A stretch of 64,000 bases of DNA. Source: Macrostomum lignano (lineage: Eukaryota). The DNA lies in contig NIVC01002124.1 of the NCBI GenBank assembly GCA_002269645.1, positions 138,646 to 202,645 on the forward strand. Direction: 5' to 3'. Made by a program: the position numbers and the translations under genes. The notes under the pieces are model-generated. The model saw only the letters and a program-made list of their open reading frames with translations. It ran no database searches and was not told the origin of the DNA. How positions within the stretch are numbered: the first letter of the stretch is position 1; every line of letters starts with the position of its first letter. This document shows, in pieces, positions 24,220 to 36,622 of this stretch.

Positions 24220-25184
24220 TTGAGTGCTCTGCGCTTTTTTGCGAAACTCTGCTTTTCGGTGCTCCAATGCTTTTTTGCTGTTTTCTGCTTTCGCTTTCGT
24301 AGCATTTTTACCTGCGTTTTTTCGCTCCAAGTTTTTTTTTCCGTGCCGCCTCTGTCAAGCGAGAACATCCAAGCCAAGCAGCTTCTCTTTCAGCATCTTC
24401 CGCATCAGCGGGGCAACTCAGCAGCGCTTGGATTTTGTCGCTTTTCAGATCTTCTTTCTCAGCCTGCTTTTTTCAACTCAGCTTTTGCTGCTCGCTCAGA
24501 TTTTCTGTTAGGAGTTTTCTAGATAGGAACTTTTCTTTATTTTTTTAGATTTCTCAGATAGACTTTACAATTTCATAGACTTTTAGGATTTTTCTTGTGT
24601 TTTATCTCCAGAGCTCAATTTCTTGCTGTGCGGCACGTGTCCCTATTAATTGATATCGGTGTCCGAGGCTCCGACCTTCCCTCTGTTGCTGTCGCCTGTC
24701 GAGTTTTTTTTCACACTTTCTAAATTGAATTCTTCTATGTAAATGACTCCCTCCGTTTCGCTTGGTGCTTTTAATCTAATTAAATTATTGCTCATGTTTC
24801 AATGCTATCATAGTTAGTATTTGTAGTCAGCTATTAAAATTGACGTAACTAAATAAATCTAATCTCTGGATTTTGTACTTTTACGTAGCTCGTATTTAAA
24901 ACAAAAAACGAACCTTTGAGTTTGAGTTTGTTTGCTATTTGATTTCTTCTGACTAACTAAATGTATTCATTCGTAATTGTCGGAGTGCAAGTGCCTGGCC
25001 TTGTCAGTTCAAGCAAGTGCAAATTGAATGTCCAAAATGTCAGGGACTGGGGTTATCCCAATCTGTATTCTCACACCTGAGATTGTAGCTCGCACCTTTG
25101 TTATACTCATTTCGATGTCTGAATTTCAAAACGCAAAACGCATGGAACACCTTGAGATTAATCGCTTTCCGCAATCTCATTCCC

Positions 25185-26400
25185 GAATCACACCTGAGAT
25201 TATCTCAATTCAGGATTCTCACACCTGAGATTATCTCCATTCAGGATTCTCACACCTGAGATTATCTCCATTCAGGATTCTCACACCTGAGATTATCTCC
25301 ATTCAGGATTCTCACACCTGAGATTATCTCCATTCAGGATTCTCACACCTGAGATTATCTCCATTCAGGATTCTCACACCTGAGATTATCTCCATTCAGG
25401 ATTCTCACACCTGAGATTATCTCCATTCAGGATTCTCACACCTGAGATTATCTCCATTCAGGATTCTCACACCTGAGATTATCTCCATTCAGGATTCTCA
25501 CACCTGAGATTATCTGCATTCATGATTCTCACACATGAGATTATCTCCATTCAGGATTCTCACACATGAGATTATCTCCATTCAGGATTCTCAAACCTGA
25601 GATTATCTCCATTCAGGATTCACACACCTGAGATTATCTCCATTCAGGATTCTCACACCTGAGATTATCTGCATTCATGATTCTCACACATGAGATTATC
25701 TCCATTCAGGATTCTCACACATGAGATTATCTCCATTCAGGATTCTCAAACCTGAGATTATCTCCATTCAGGATTCTCAAACCTGAGATTATCTCCATTC
25801 AGGATTCTCAAACCTGAGATTATCTCCATTCAGGATTCTCAAACCTGAGATTATCTCCATTCAGGATTCTCACACAATACGCATCCCGAGATTGTATCTA
25901 TTTTATCTATTTAGCTTCTCACACCATGAGATTATCCCTACTCAGATTCGCACGCCTTGAGATTATCCCCGATTCTGATTCTTGCTGTCTGAGATTATCT
26001 CAAATTCAGATTCTTGCTCTCTGAGATTATCTCAAATTCAATATCATTCTCTGAGATTATCCCGAATTCAATATCATGCTCTCTGAGATTATCTCAAATT
26101 CAATATCATGCTCTCTGAGATTATCTCAAATTCAATATCATGCTCTCTGAGATTATCCCGAATTCAATATCATGCTCTCTGAGATTATCCCGAATTCAAT
26201 ATCATGCTCTCTGAGATTATCCCGAATTCAATATCATGCTCTCTGAGATTATCCAAAACTCAGATTCTCACGCATTGAGATTATCTCTATTTAGATTCTT
26301 GCTCTCTGAGATTATCCCAAACTCAGATTCTTGTTCTCATAGGATCATCTCAAATTCAGATTTTCGGTCTCTAAGATTATCCCTATTTAGATTCTCCGCC
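25185..26400. repeat. Tandem repeat, 31-bp unit (cacacctgagattatctccattcaggattct); homogeneous to ~25875, then degenerate
   Basis: About 21 near-perfect copies followed by diverged copies. Confidence 0.93.
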
Positions 26401-27084
26401 CCTGTAATATTTTCCCATTTAGATTGTCGCTCCCTGGACAATGAAGAAATGGAATAAAAAGCTATAAACTTAATTTATGCCTCGAGACTCAACTGGCCCA
26501 GAGTTCACTGTGACATTAAGGCATCTAAAATTCAATTCACGCTCGGCATGCTGAAGTGAGGCAGCTGAGGCCATATCGGTCGAATTCCGATCAAAAACAT
26601 TTTCATCCAATCTTCCCATTCTTCCTTTCAGATTTCGGGGCCGCTCTCTGCAGAGCCCCCGCAATCTGTCAACGTGGAAAAACTTCCAACTTATAGTTCT
26701 AAGTGACGAAAATTGGGAAATTATGAGCCAGACTTGGACTGACTGAGGATAAATATCCCAATAAATATATAGTGTCTTTGTTTTTTATATCCCAATCGAT
26801 ACCTCTTATCCCACCCTCCCGGGGAGCCGCAAATATTTGCAGTAGTGGCGCATCCGGCTCCGATTCCGCCCACACATCTGTCGCGTGGATTCCGGTCTGG
26901 GCAATTATGAAAATCATCAGTTAGTTGATAATTTATTATCCCACTCAGCATCATCTGGGACCGGACAAGGCCAGGGAGACTTGGCAGTGAAACTCCCTCA
27001 CCCAGGTGGCCAGGCCAGTTGGATTCCAAGAAATAGCTTGCCAAGAATGAGCACAAACTCAGTGTTTATGCGATGCGATGGGAT

Positions 27085-27660
27085 AAGATGAGAGAGCAGA
27101 AACATAAGAAGATAGGAGAGAAGATAGGAGAGAGAAGATGAGAGGGTAGCGGGAGAAGAGAAAAGAGGGACAGAGCAGAGAAGATAAGAGAGGGGAGAGA
27201 CGAAAGAAGAGAGAAGAGAGGAGATAGGAGAGAAGAGAGCCGAGGGAAGAATGGAGAGAAGAGAACCGAGGGGAGAGTGGAGAGAAGAGAGGAGAGGGGA
27301 GAGAAAAGAGAATGGAGAGTGGAGAGAAGAGAACCGAGGGAGAGTGGAGAAGAGAGTGGAGAGAAGAGAGAAGAAGGGAGAGTGGAGAGAAGAGAGAAGA
27401 AGGGAGACTGGAGACTGGAGAGAAGAGAACCGAGGGGAGAGAGGAGAGAAGAGAGAAGAAAGGGAGAGAGAAGATGGGAGAGAGAAGATGGGAGAGAAGA
27501 TGGGAGAGAGAAGATGGGAGAGAGAAGATGGGAGAGAGAAGATGGGACAGAGAAGATGGGAGAGAGAAGATGGGAGAGAGAAGATGGGAGAGAGAAGATG
27601 GGAGAGAGAAGATGGGAGAGAGAAGATGGGAGAGAGAAGATGAGAGAGCTGAGAAGAGAC
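27085..27660. repeat. GA-rich low-complexity tract ending in a 14-bp repeat (gatgggagagagaa)
   Basis: Purine-rich. ORFs 27059-27761 are artefacts. Confidence 0.9.
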
Positions 27661-28286
27661 GCAAACCTTGAACGGTTGTGATTGCTATTGTGAAGTTTCA
27701 AGGGACCCGAGGGCTGGAGTATGTCGAACCCCAGGGCCGCCAGCCTAATGCTCAGCCGCACACGGAGCCGGTCGGCCCTACTGAAATTTCACACTGATTC
27801 GTCCCGTTCCTTTAAAAAAAGCATCATAGTCCAATTATTAATTTTTTCATACGCAAGCGAGCGAGCCTCGATACCCTGTAATTTTTGGCAAACAGCTCTC
27901 GCCATCCCGGGGGGGGGATGTTGGAAATTCAATAACCAGCGCGGGAGCTGTTTTGGAACTTTTTTTCCAAACCAGTGACCGCCTGTTGCTCTGCGCCCCC
28001 CCCTGCGTAATGGCGGTTTGCGTGCCGGTTCGGCGCCAACAAAAACTCCCCCGAGTCCCCGCAAACTTGGGATTGGGGGTGGGGTGGAGGAAAATTAATT
28101 TTTAATTTAATTGCCATGCAAGCTAAAAAACAGGGCCCCGCCAGTTCCGCATTTCACTTCCGCACCGTCTGATCGAATCAGCGAATTCAAGCAGAGAGAC
28201 CATCGATGAGGCCGATCTCCAGCCCAGGATAGCTATAGACATGGACTGCTAAACATACTTTGACTGGAAGGCCAAAGTCCTACAGC

Positions 28287-28815
28287 GGGGGCATCATAAA
28301 CCCGAAATATCACAAACCCGAAATATCACAAACCCGAAATATCCCAAACCCGAAATATCACAAACCCGAAATATCACAAACCCGAAATATCACAAACCCG
28401 AAATATCACAAACCCTAAATATCACAAACCCGAAATATCACAAACCCGAAATATCACAAACCCGAAATATCACAAACCCGAAATATCACAAACCCGAAAT
28501 ATCACAAACCCGAAATATCACAAACCCTAAATATCACAAACCCGAAATATCACAAACCCGAAATATCACAAACCCGAAATATCACAAACCCGAAATATCA
28601 TATCTCCGAAAGTTCTAGCAATGTCCAACACTATTTTGGTTTTCGGAGTTATGATATTTCGGGTTTATGATATTTCGGGTTTGTGATATTTCGGGTTTAT
28701 GATATTTCGGGTTTGTGATATTTCGGGTTTATGATATTTCGGGTTTATGATATTTCGGGTTTACGATGGGAAGTGCTTTCGGAGTTGTGATTTTTCGGGT
28801 TTGTGATGGCGACCC
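28287..28815. mobile_element. Mutator-like foldback element whose arms are inverted arrays of a 16-bp repeat
   Basis: The left arm has ~19 copies of cccgaaatatcacaaa. The right arm (~28645-28810) has the same unit reverse-complemented. The ends are gggggcatcataaacccgaaa / tttcgggtttgtgatggcgaccc, flanked by the 9-bp direct repeat tcctacagc (28278-28286) / tcctccagt (28816-28824). Confidence 0.75.
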
Positions 28816-29504
28816 TCCTCCAGTTCGTGCGGCAGGGAAACTGGCCGCCGAGATGCAGACAGTGTACACTGACGGACGATACGAAAGTCAGAGCCGCTGT
28901 CCCCAACCAGTCCAAAATGCTTCTCAGGGTCCATGGCTGTGGCGCATTACCAGCCATATTTGTGTTGCTACGCCAGCGTTTCCGCCAAAATGCCAGTTGG
29001 AGTTGGGGAAGGGGGGCGCCCTTCCTTACCTCACTGGGCCGGAAATGTCATGCGGCCCCAACCCGTGTCTGCATCAAAAATTTCCCCGTTTAAATCAGTT
29101 ATCTTTTGTTGCCGTGGGGTTGTGGGGATATTCATGAAAAAATGAAAAATATCGGTTCTCGAATAACAGAAGTCGCGATTATTTTTTCTCTTATCAGTGC
29201 TGCCTCCTTGATCTTGAGTCGGTGGCTGGGTGGGCATGAGATCCCGACTTTGTCATTGATCCTTGTTTTCTTTCAAATTGGAAAAACTGCTGGTAAAGTG
29301 AGAGTGCAGGGCGAGTGCTGCTCTTGCTCGCTTGTCATGCGGGTACCAGCGGTTTTTTTAACTATTAAGAGGAAAACAATCTATCTACTGATCTTCTTAT
29401 AGCTGCCATTTGATAAATTATTTGCTGCTTTTGCTAGTTTTTGAGGTGAATGCTTTTCAACTAAACTGTGGGAGTCATCACATGAAATCATATGAGTCAC
29501 GGGG

Positions 29505-30790
29505 ATCATGGAGGTCACTGGGGATCATGAAAGTCATCACCCTGAGATCATTGGAGTCATCACCTGAGATCATTGGAGTCATCACCTGAGATCATGGAAG
29601 TCATCACCTGAGATAATGTAGGTCATCACCTGAGATCATTGGACTCATCACCTGAGATCATGTGAGTCACCACCTGAGATCATGAAAGTCACCACCTGAG
29701 ATCATTGGAGTCACCACCTGAGATCATTGGAGTCATCACACCTGAGATCATGGGAGTCACCACCTGAGATCATGGGAGTCATCACCTGAGATCATGGGAG
29801 TCACCATGATCACCACCTGAGATCATGGGAGTCATCACCTGAGATCATGGGAGTCACCACCTGAGATCATGGGAGTCACCACCTGAGATCATTGGAGTCA
29901 TCACACCTGAGATCATGGGAGTCACCACCTGAGATCATGAAAGTCATCACCTGAGATCATCAAAGTCACCACCTGAGATCATAAAAGTCATCACCTGAGA
30001 TCATAGGAGTCACCACCTGAGATCATCAAAGTCACCACCTGAGATCATTGGAGTCATCACCTGAGTTCATGAGAGTCAACTGGGATCATGGGAGTCAACT
30101 GGGATCATGGGAGTCATTGGGGATCATGGGAGTCATTGAGGATCATGGGAGTCATTGAGGATCATGGGAGTCAACTGGGATCATGGGAGTCATTGAGGAT
30201 CATGGGAATCATCATCTGAGTTCATGAGAGTCAACTGGGATCATGGGAGTCATTGAGGATCATGGGAGTCATTGAGGATCATGGGAGTCAACTGGGATCA
30301 TGGGAGTCATTGAGGATCATGGGAATCATCATCTGAGTTCATGAGAGTCAACTGGGATCATGGGAGTCAACTGGGATCATGGGAGTCATTGAGGATCATC
30401 GGAGTCATCACCTGAGTTCATGAGAGTCAACTGGGATCATGGGAGTCATTGAGGATCATGGGAGTCATCAGATGAGTTCATGAGAGTCAACTGGGATCAT
30501 GGGAGTCATTGGGGATCATCGGAGGCATCACCTGAGTTCATGAGAGTCAACTGGGATCATGGGAGTCATTGAGAATCATCGGAGTCATCACCTGAGTTCA
30601 TGAGAGTCAACTGGGATCATGGGAGTCAACTGGGATCATGGGAGTCATTGAGGATCATGGGAATCATCATCTGAGTTCATGAGAGTCAACTGGGATCATG
30701 AGAGTCAACTGGGATCATGGGAGTCATTGAGGATCATCGGAGTCATCACCTGAGTTCATGAGAGTCAACTGGGATCATGGGAGTCATTGG
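29505..30790. repeat. Compound tandem repeat: 22-bp unit (cacctgagatcatgggagtcat) grading into 20-bp units (ggatcatgggagtcattgag)
   Basis: Direct repeats with a shared gatcatgggagtca core. Confidence 0.93.
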
Positions 30791-31564
30791 GGATTTTTCA
30801 AATCGGACCTATGGGTGCTTAATAAGCGGGAATTGTATGATTTAATCTATGAATATATTACGCCCCTCAAATGCTATTTTCATTGTAAAGATGCATCTAC
30901 ATGGAGCTATTTAATCTCATCCCAGCTTATACCGCTCCCACCATTAAGCATAGAAGTTAGTCTTGTTCGACTGCAGTCTTTTAATTATGCCTCTAAGTCA
31001 TAAAGAATGCATTTATTGCTCTCTGAGCGATACCTAGACTTGAAATGAGCAATATAAATATGAGAGAAGCATCAGCAAGTTTATTGAGAGCTTATAGCTT
31101 TACGACAGCAGACCAATAGACTGGAACAATTAGAAAGAACCGCAATTGGCCTCAAAGGGGAATTATGGAGCACAGCTGAACAAAGATTCCCCAATTTCTC
31201 TGCAGACCCAGTACCCCCCCCCCCCCTAACACTCACGGACGCAAACAAGTTCCTTAGGCTCTGGCAAACAAAAATTTGAACTGAACTCGAACTGCGGAGC
31301 AATAAAAACTCAGAATAATCATCACCATCAGGCAACCCCCCCTGTTCACTTTCTCAGACACTTCAGCCTCAGAGTTGCCAAATATTTGCTGTGACTGTTG
31401 TCTGTTCCCTGTTCTCACGAACCCGTGACAGCCTCTCGCACTCTGGCTTCATCACCATTGCAGGGCCATACAGTGTCCCTATTTTGGTTTTATGGGGAAT
31501 ATTTCTTCTTCATCTACACATTTTTCATTCAATTCGAGTCCCCAATTGGAATCTCACGAAGTAT

Positions 31565-32905
31565 AACCCATCGAGAATCTCTCCGTACTAAATCTTCCCA
31601 ATCGAGAATCTCATCCTTACTGAATCATCCCAATCGAGAATCTCACCATACTGAATCATCCCAATCGAGAATCTCACCATACTGAATCTTCCCAATCGAG
31701 AATCTCACGCTTACTGAACCTTCCCATTCGAGAATCTCACCATACTGAATCTTCCCAGTCGAGAATCTCACCCTTACTGAACCTTCCTAATCGAGAATCT
31801 CACCATACTGAATCTTCCCAATCGAGAATCTCACCATACTGAATATTCCCAATCGAGAATCTCATCCTTACTGAACCTTCCCAATCGAGAATTTCACCTT
31901 TACTGAATCTTCCCAATCGAGAATCTCACCCTACTGAATCTTCGCAATCGAGAATCTCACCCTTACTGAACCTTCCTAATCGAGAATCTCACCATACTGA
32001 ATCTTCCCAGTCGAGAATCTCACCCCTACTGAACCTTCCCAATCGAGAATTTCACCTTTACTGAATCTTCCCAATCGAGAATCTCACCCTACTGAATCTT
32101 CCAAATCGAGAATCTCACCCTATTGAATTTTCCCAATAGAGAACCTCATCCTACTGAATCTTCCCAGTCGAGAATCTCACCCCTACTGAATCTTCCCAAT
32201 CGAGAATTTCACCTTTACTGAATCTTCCCAATCGAGAATCTCACGCTTACTGAATCTTCCCAATCGAGAATCTCACCCTTACTGAACCTTCCCAATCGAG
32301 AATCTCACCCTACTGAATCTTCGCAATCGAGAATCTCACCCTTACTGAACCTTCCTAATCGAGAATCTCACCATACTGAATCTTCCCAGTCGAGAATCTC
32401 ACCCCTACTGAACCTTCCCAATCGAGAATTTCACCTTTACTGAATCTTCCCAATCGAGAATCTCACCCTACTGAATCTTCCAAATCGAGAATCTCACCCT
32501 TACTGAATCTTCCCAATCGAGAATTTCACCTTTACTGAATCTTCCCAATCGAGAATCTCACCCTACGGAATCTTCCAAATCGAGAATCTCACCCTATTGA
32601 ATCTTCCCAATAGAGAACCTCATCCTACTGAGTCTTCCCAGTCGAGAATCTCACCCCTACTGAATCTTCGCAATCGAGAATCTCACCCTTACTGAACCTT
32701 CCCAATCGAGAATCTCACCCTACTGAATCTTCCCAATAGAGAACCTCATCCTACTGAATCTTCCCAGTTGAGAATCTGACCATACTGAATGTTCCCAATC
32801 GAGAATCTCATCCTACTGAATCTTCCCAGTCGAGAATCTGACCATACTGAATGTTCCCAATCGAGAATCTGACCATACTGAATGTTCCCAATCGAGAATC
32901 TCACC
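31565..32905. repeat. Tandem repeat, 30-31-bp unit (aatcgagaatctcaccatactgaatcttccc)
   Basis: About 43 copies. Confidence 0.95.
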
Positions 32906-33964
32906 CCAGTAAATATCCCCTTTAAAAACCCTATCTCGGGTTACCAATCGAACTGAGTTCCAACTTGCCATCCGTCCGTCCGCAGCTTCCGCAGGCTCTT
33001 CATCTCAGACAGCGATCAGCTTCTCAAAAAACTGTCTATTACAGATAGAAATCTGGAGAGCGCAGCAGGAACTGCATTGGAGCAGCGGGGAAAAATCTGC
33101 ATATTTGATGGAAGATTGGAAAGATTAAACTTGCTGTCAACGCTCTCTACGGGGTGGGAGCTAAAAATGGGAAAAGTGGTCGAAAAAAAATCCCAGACAG
33201 ACACAGAATGAGTAGCTCACTAGAGTTGCCCAGCAAGCAGGCTTAGAATGTTGCTGCTCAGTTTTTCCTCTTATCAGGACAACGGGGGGTCCACCCCCCT
33301 AGGGAGGGTCCGATGCCCCCCTCCGCCCAGTGGGAGCTTTTATTATCTTCCCGCCGGCCCTGAAATCCTCAAGGGGGGGGGTAAAAAATCCCATCGATAA
33401 ATGAATGGGATTCAGCCTTCGACACGCAACATTGAGGCTTTTTTCATAACCAACCTCGAAGCTTTTTCATGCCGCGCAAAAGTTCTGAATGCTGAGTAGC
33501 CTAATAATAATGATAATCATTCGACCCTTGACTGAGAAGTGCCGCCCCAGTTTTAGCTGACAGAAAAAAGACGTGGAGTTCTTGAACGCCACTCGAGACA
33601 GACAGACAGGCAGGCAGGGGGCCCGTGGGTGTGGCTGTAATTGGCTAAATGGGAGAAAAAAATCGCATTTTTTTGCTTATAATATAATTTGACAACAGAC
33701 AAAACTATCACTTCCGTTATCTGTGAGACTGTGTTTTTCCAGGAAATATGAGTGTATACATTATGATTATGTATGCATGAATATAGAAGGAAAATGAAAG
33801 TAGCCATGATGCGATACCCCCACAGACACGTGCTGCGCCACGTGCGCGCAGGTGTCACCCCGTCCGGTTATGCCAAGAAGTTTTGATTTTGAGTTTTAAT
33901 TGCTCGTCATTAGCAGCTGATGCTGTATCAGACTGAGTAGCTCTGGTTAAAACACAGCTTGGGG

Positions 33965-34450
33965 TAGCGCCATACATACTGAAAGATAGAACGGGGTAGC
34001 GCCCTTCGTACTGAAAGATAGAACAGGATAGCGCCCTTCATTCTGAAGGATAGAACGGGATAGCGCCATACGTACTGAAGGATAGAACGGGATAGCGCCA
34101 TACGTACTGAAGGATAGAACGGGATAGCGCCCTTCATTCTGAAGGATAGAACGGGATAGCGCCCTTCATTCTGAAGGATAGAACGGGATAGCGCCATACG
34201 TACTGAAGGATAGAACGGGATAGCGCCCTTCGTACTGAAAGATAGAACAGGATAGCGCCCTTCATTCTGAAGGATAGAACGGGATAGCACCCTTCATTCT
34301 GAAGGATAGAACGGGATAGCGCCCTTCATTCTGAAGGATAGAACGGGATAGCGCCATACGTACTGAAGGATAGAACGGGATAGCGCCCTTCGTACTGAAA
34401 GATAGAACAGGATAGCGCCCTTCATTCTGAAGGATAGAACGGGATAGCGC
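33965..34450. repeat. Tandem repeat, 32-bp unit (gatagaacgggatagcgcccttcattctgaag)
   Basis: About 15 copies with two alternating variants. Confidence 0.95.
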
Positions 34451-34894
34451 CACCAACTCAAAGCATGTACTTCAAAGCATGGACATAGACCGCTATCAAT
34501 CCCCTAAGATAGTTGTGTTCGTAAACTCATAATTTGTATTTTAGGTGATAAATTGCACCGACAGAAGGGGGCGGGGACCGGTGACACCTGATCAGTCAGT
34601 TATGGGGTGGGGAGGGGCAGAGACAGACGGACAGACAAGACAGACAGTGAATTGCTCCGGGACAAGATGAGCGATTTGAAACTGTTTTGAAGCCTGAGTG
34701 AGCTTTCGCGCGTGTGCATGGAAAATCCCTTTTGTGCCTGTGCAACTTGGACCATAGACTGACTATGCGCCCTCCGGGGTTTGGCCTAGAGAGCAGGTTG
34801 ATTGCGCAACTACGCTTAAAAACGCGCCATCATCAATAGCTATCAACGTTACGGGAAAGTTTAGTCTATAATGTGCTACATTTTATGTCTACAA

Positions 34895-35215
34895 CGCCCT
34901 ATTTGATGTCTATAAGGAATCATATTTGATTTCTAGAAGACGCCATATTTGATGTCTATAAGGCGCCATAACTGATGTCTATAAGGCGCCATAACTGATG
35001 TCTATAAGGCGCCATAATTGATGTCTATAAGGCGCCATATTTGATGTCTATAAGGCGCCATAATTGATGTCTATAAGGCGCCATAATTGATGTCTATAAG
35101 GCGCCATAACTGATGTTTATAAGGGGCCATAATTGATGTCTATAAGGCGCCTTAACCGATGTCTATAAGGCGCTATAATTGATCTCTATAAGGCGCCATA
35201 ACCTATGTCTATAAG
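34895..35215. repeat. Tandem repeat, 23-bp unit (ataaggcgccataattgatgtct)
   Basis: About 13 copies. Confidence 0.93.
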
Positions 35216-36064
35216 ACACTTTAGCTGAAAATTATCAGATAAATGTCAATTTAAAAAAAACTTAAGCTGTTGATTTGCTGAACTCATGCTCAAAGCTTTC
35301 ATAATCACGCCCAGGCCACGTGTCCCTGCTAGCGCCATCTTCGATAACACGTGCGCACCGTTCTAAACATCCTTCCCTACGATCCCTACGAGTTTTTTCC
35401 CTACGAGCAAATAAAGTTAAATTCAACAGGGCTTAACTTTGTACTGACTTGAAATTTAATTTGAAGTAGAATTAAGCTACGGGGATGCATATATATTTAG
35501 TTATGTTATTATTTACACAATAATTGCTCAACAAAGCAAAAAACATATAAGATTCGAATGAAATTGAAATCGAAACTGACTGTCGAATTGAATAAAAATT
35601 AAAAAAACAGAAATAAAACATTGGATACAAAGAGCAAACAAGAAAACTGACAAAAGTTCAAATGAAAGTGCCGCAACAAAAATCAAGACAATATAAAATA
35701 CAAAGGCCTATATCTAAACAAAAATGTCTACACAAAATTAATCTAAAAAATAAAGAAAAGTTCCTATCTAGAAAACTCCTAACAGAAAATCTGAGCGAGC
35801 AGCAAAAGCTGAGTTGAAAAAAGCAGGCTGAGAAAGAAGATCTGAAAAGCGACAAAATCCAAGCGCTGCTGAGTTGCCCCGCTGATGCGGAAGATGCTGA
35901 AAGAGAAGCGGCTTGGATGTTCTCGCTTGACAGAGGCGGCACGGAAAAAAAAACTTGGAGCGAAAAACGCAGGTAAAAATGCTACGAAAGCGAAAGCAGA
36001 AAACAGCAAAAAAGCATTGGAGCACCGAAAAGCAGAGTTTCGCAAAAAAGCGCAGAGCACTCAA

Positions 36065-36622
36065 TTAAAAGCTGAAGGTGTTTTGGCCCTCCGGCCGCGT
36101 CGCCACCGAGTCGGCCTCCTGCCGCGGCTGCTCCGCCATCCAGGAGTCGCCGGGGCCGCCGCAGGCGCCGCAGCCGTCGCAGCCGCAGCCTCCGCAGTCG
36201 TCCTGGTCCAGCAGCTCCTGCAGGCTGCGGATGTAGGCGATGGCGGCCCGCAGGGTGGCGATCTTGCTCAGCCTCTGTCCGTCATCGCTCGGCACCAGCT
36301 GGCGAAGCCGCTCGAAGCCGAGGTTGAGCAGCTTGACGCGGTTCCGCTCGCGCTGGTTGCGACGCTGCATCGACGAGGCGGCCGGACGGGCGGCGGCGGC
36401 GACGTTGGCGGCGGCGTTGGCGGCGGCGTTTGAAGCGGCAGCGGCCGCGGCTTTGGCCGCCTCGGAGCCCGGCGGCTTCTGCGGCGGCCGAGGCGGCAGG
36501 TTGGAGCACCGCTCGCCCAGCGGCTGCCGAGTCGGCCCGGAGGCGTCGCCTGCTGCCCGGAGCTGCTGCAGTCGCAGGAAGGAGGGCACCGGCAAGTGCT
36601 GCCTGTCAGCTGTTGATGACAT
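36065..36622 (-). CDS. ascl: Achaete-scute family bHLH transcription factor, copy B (185 aa, intronless)
   Basis: Identical bHLH to copy A. Differs by a 4-aa longer Ala/Asn tract and a few substitutions (CDGCGAC vs CDGCAAC, EADSV vs EAESV). Confidence 0.95.
   Translation of the reverse strand: MSSTADRQHLPVPSFLRLQQLRAAGDASGPTRQPLGERCSNLPPRPPQKPPGSEAAKAAAAAASNAAANAAANVAAAARPAASSMQRRNQRERNRVKLLNLGFERLRQLVPSDDGQRLSKIATLRAAIAYIRSLQELLDQDDCGGCGCDGCGACGGPGDSWMAEQPRQEADSVATRPEGQNTFSF

Noticed and set aside
23600-24522. Overlapping alternative-frame and antisense ORFs around both ascl copies (also 35658-37022)
   Set aside because: They are expected shadows of very GC-rich coding sequence and are shared only because the DNA is duplicated.
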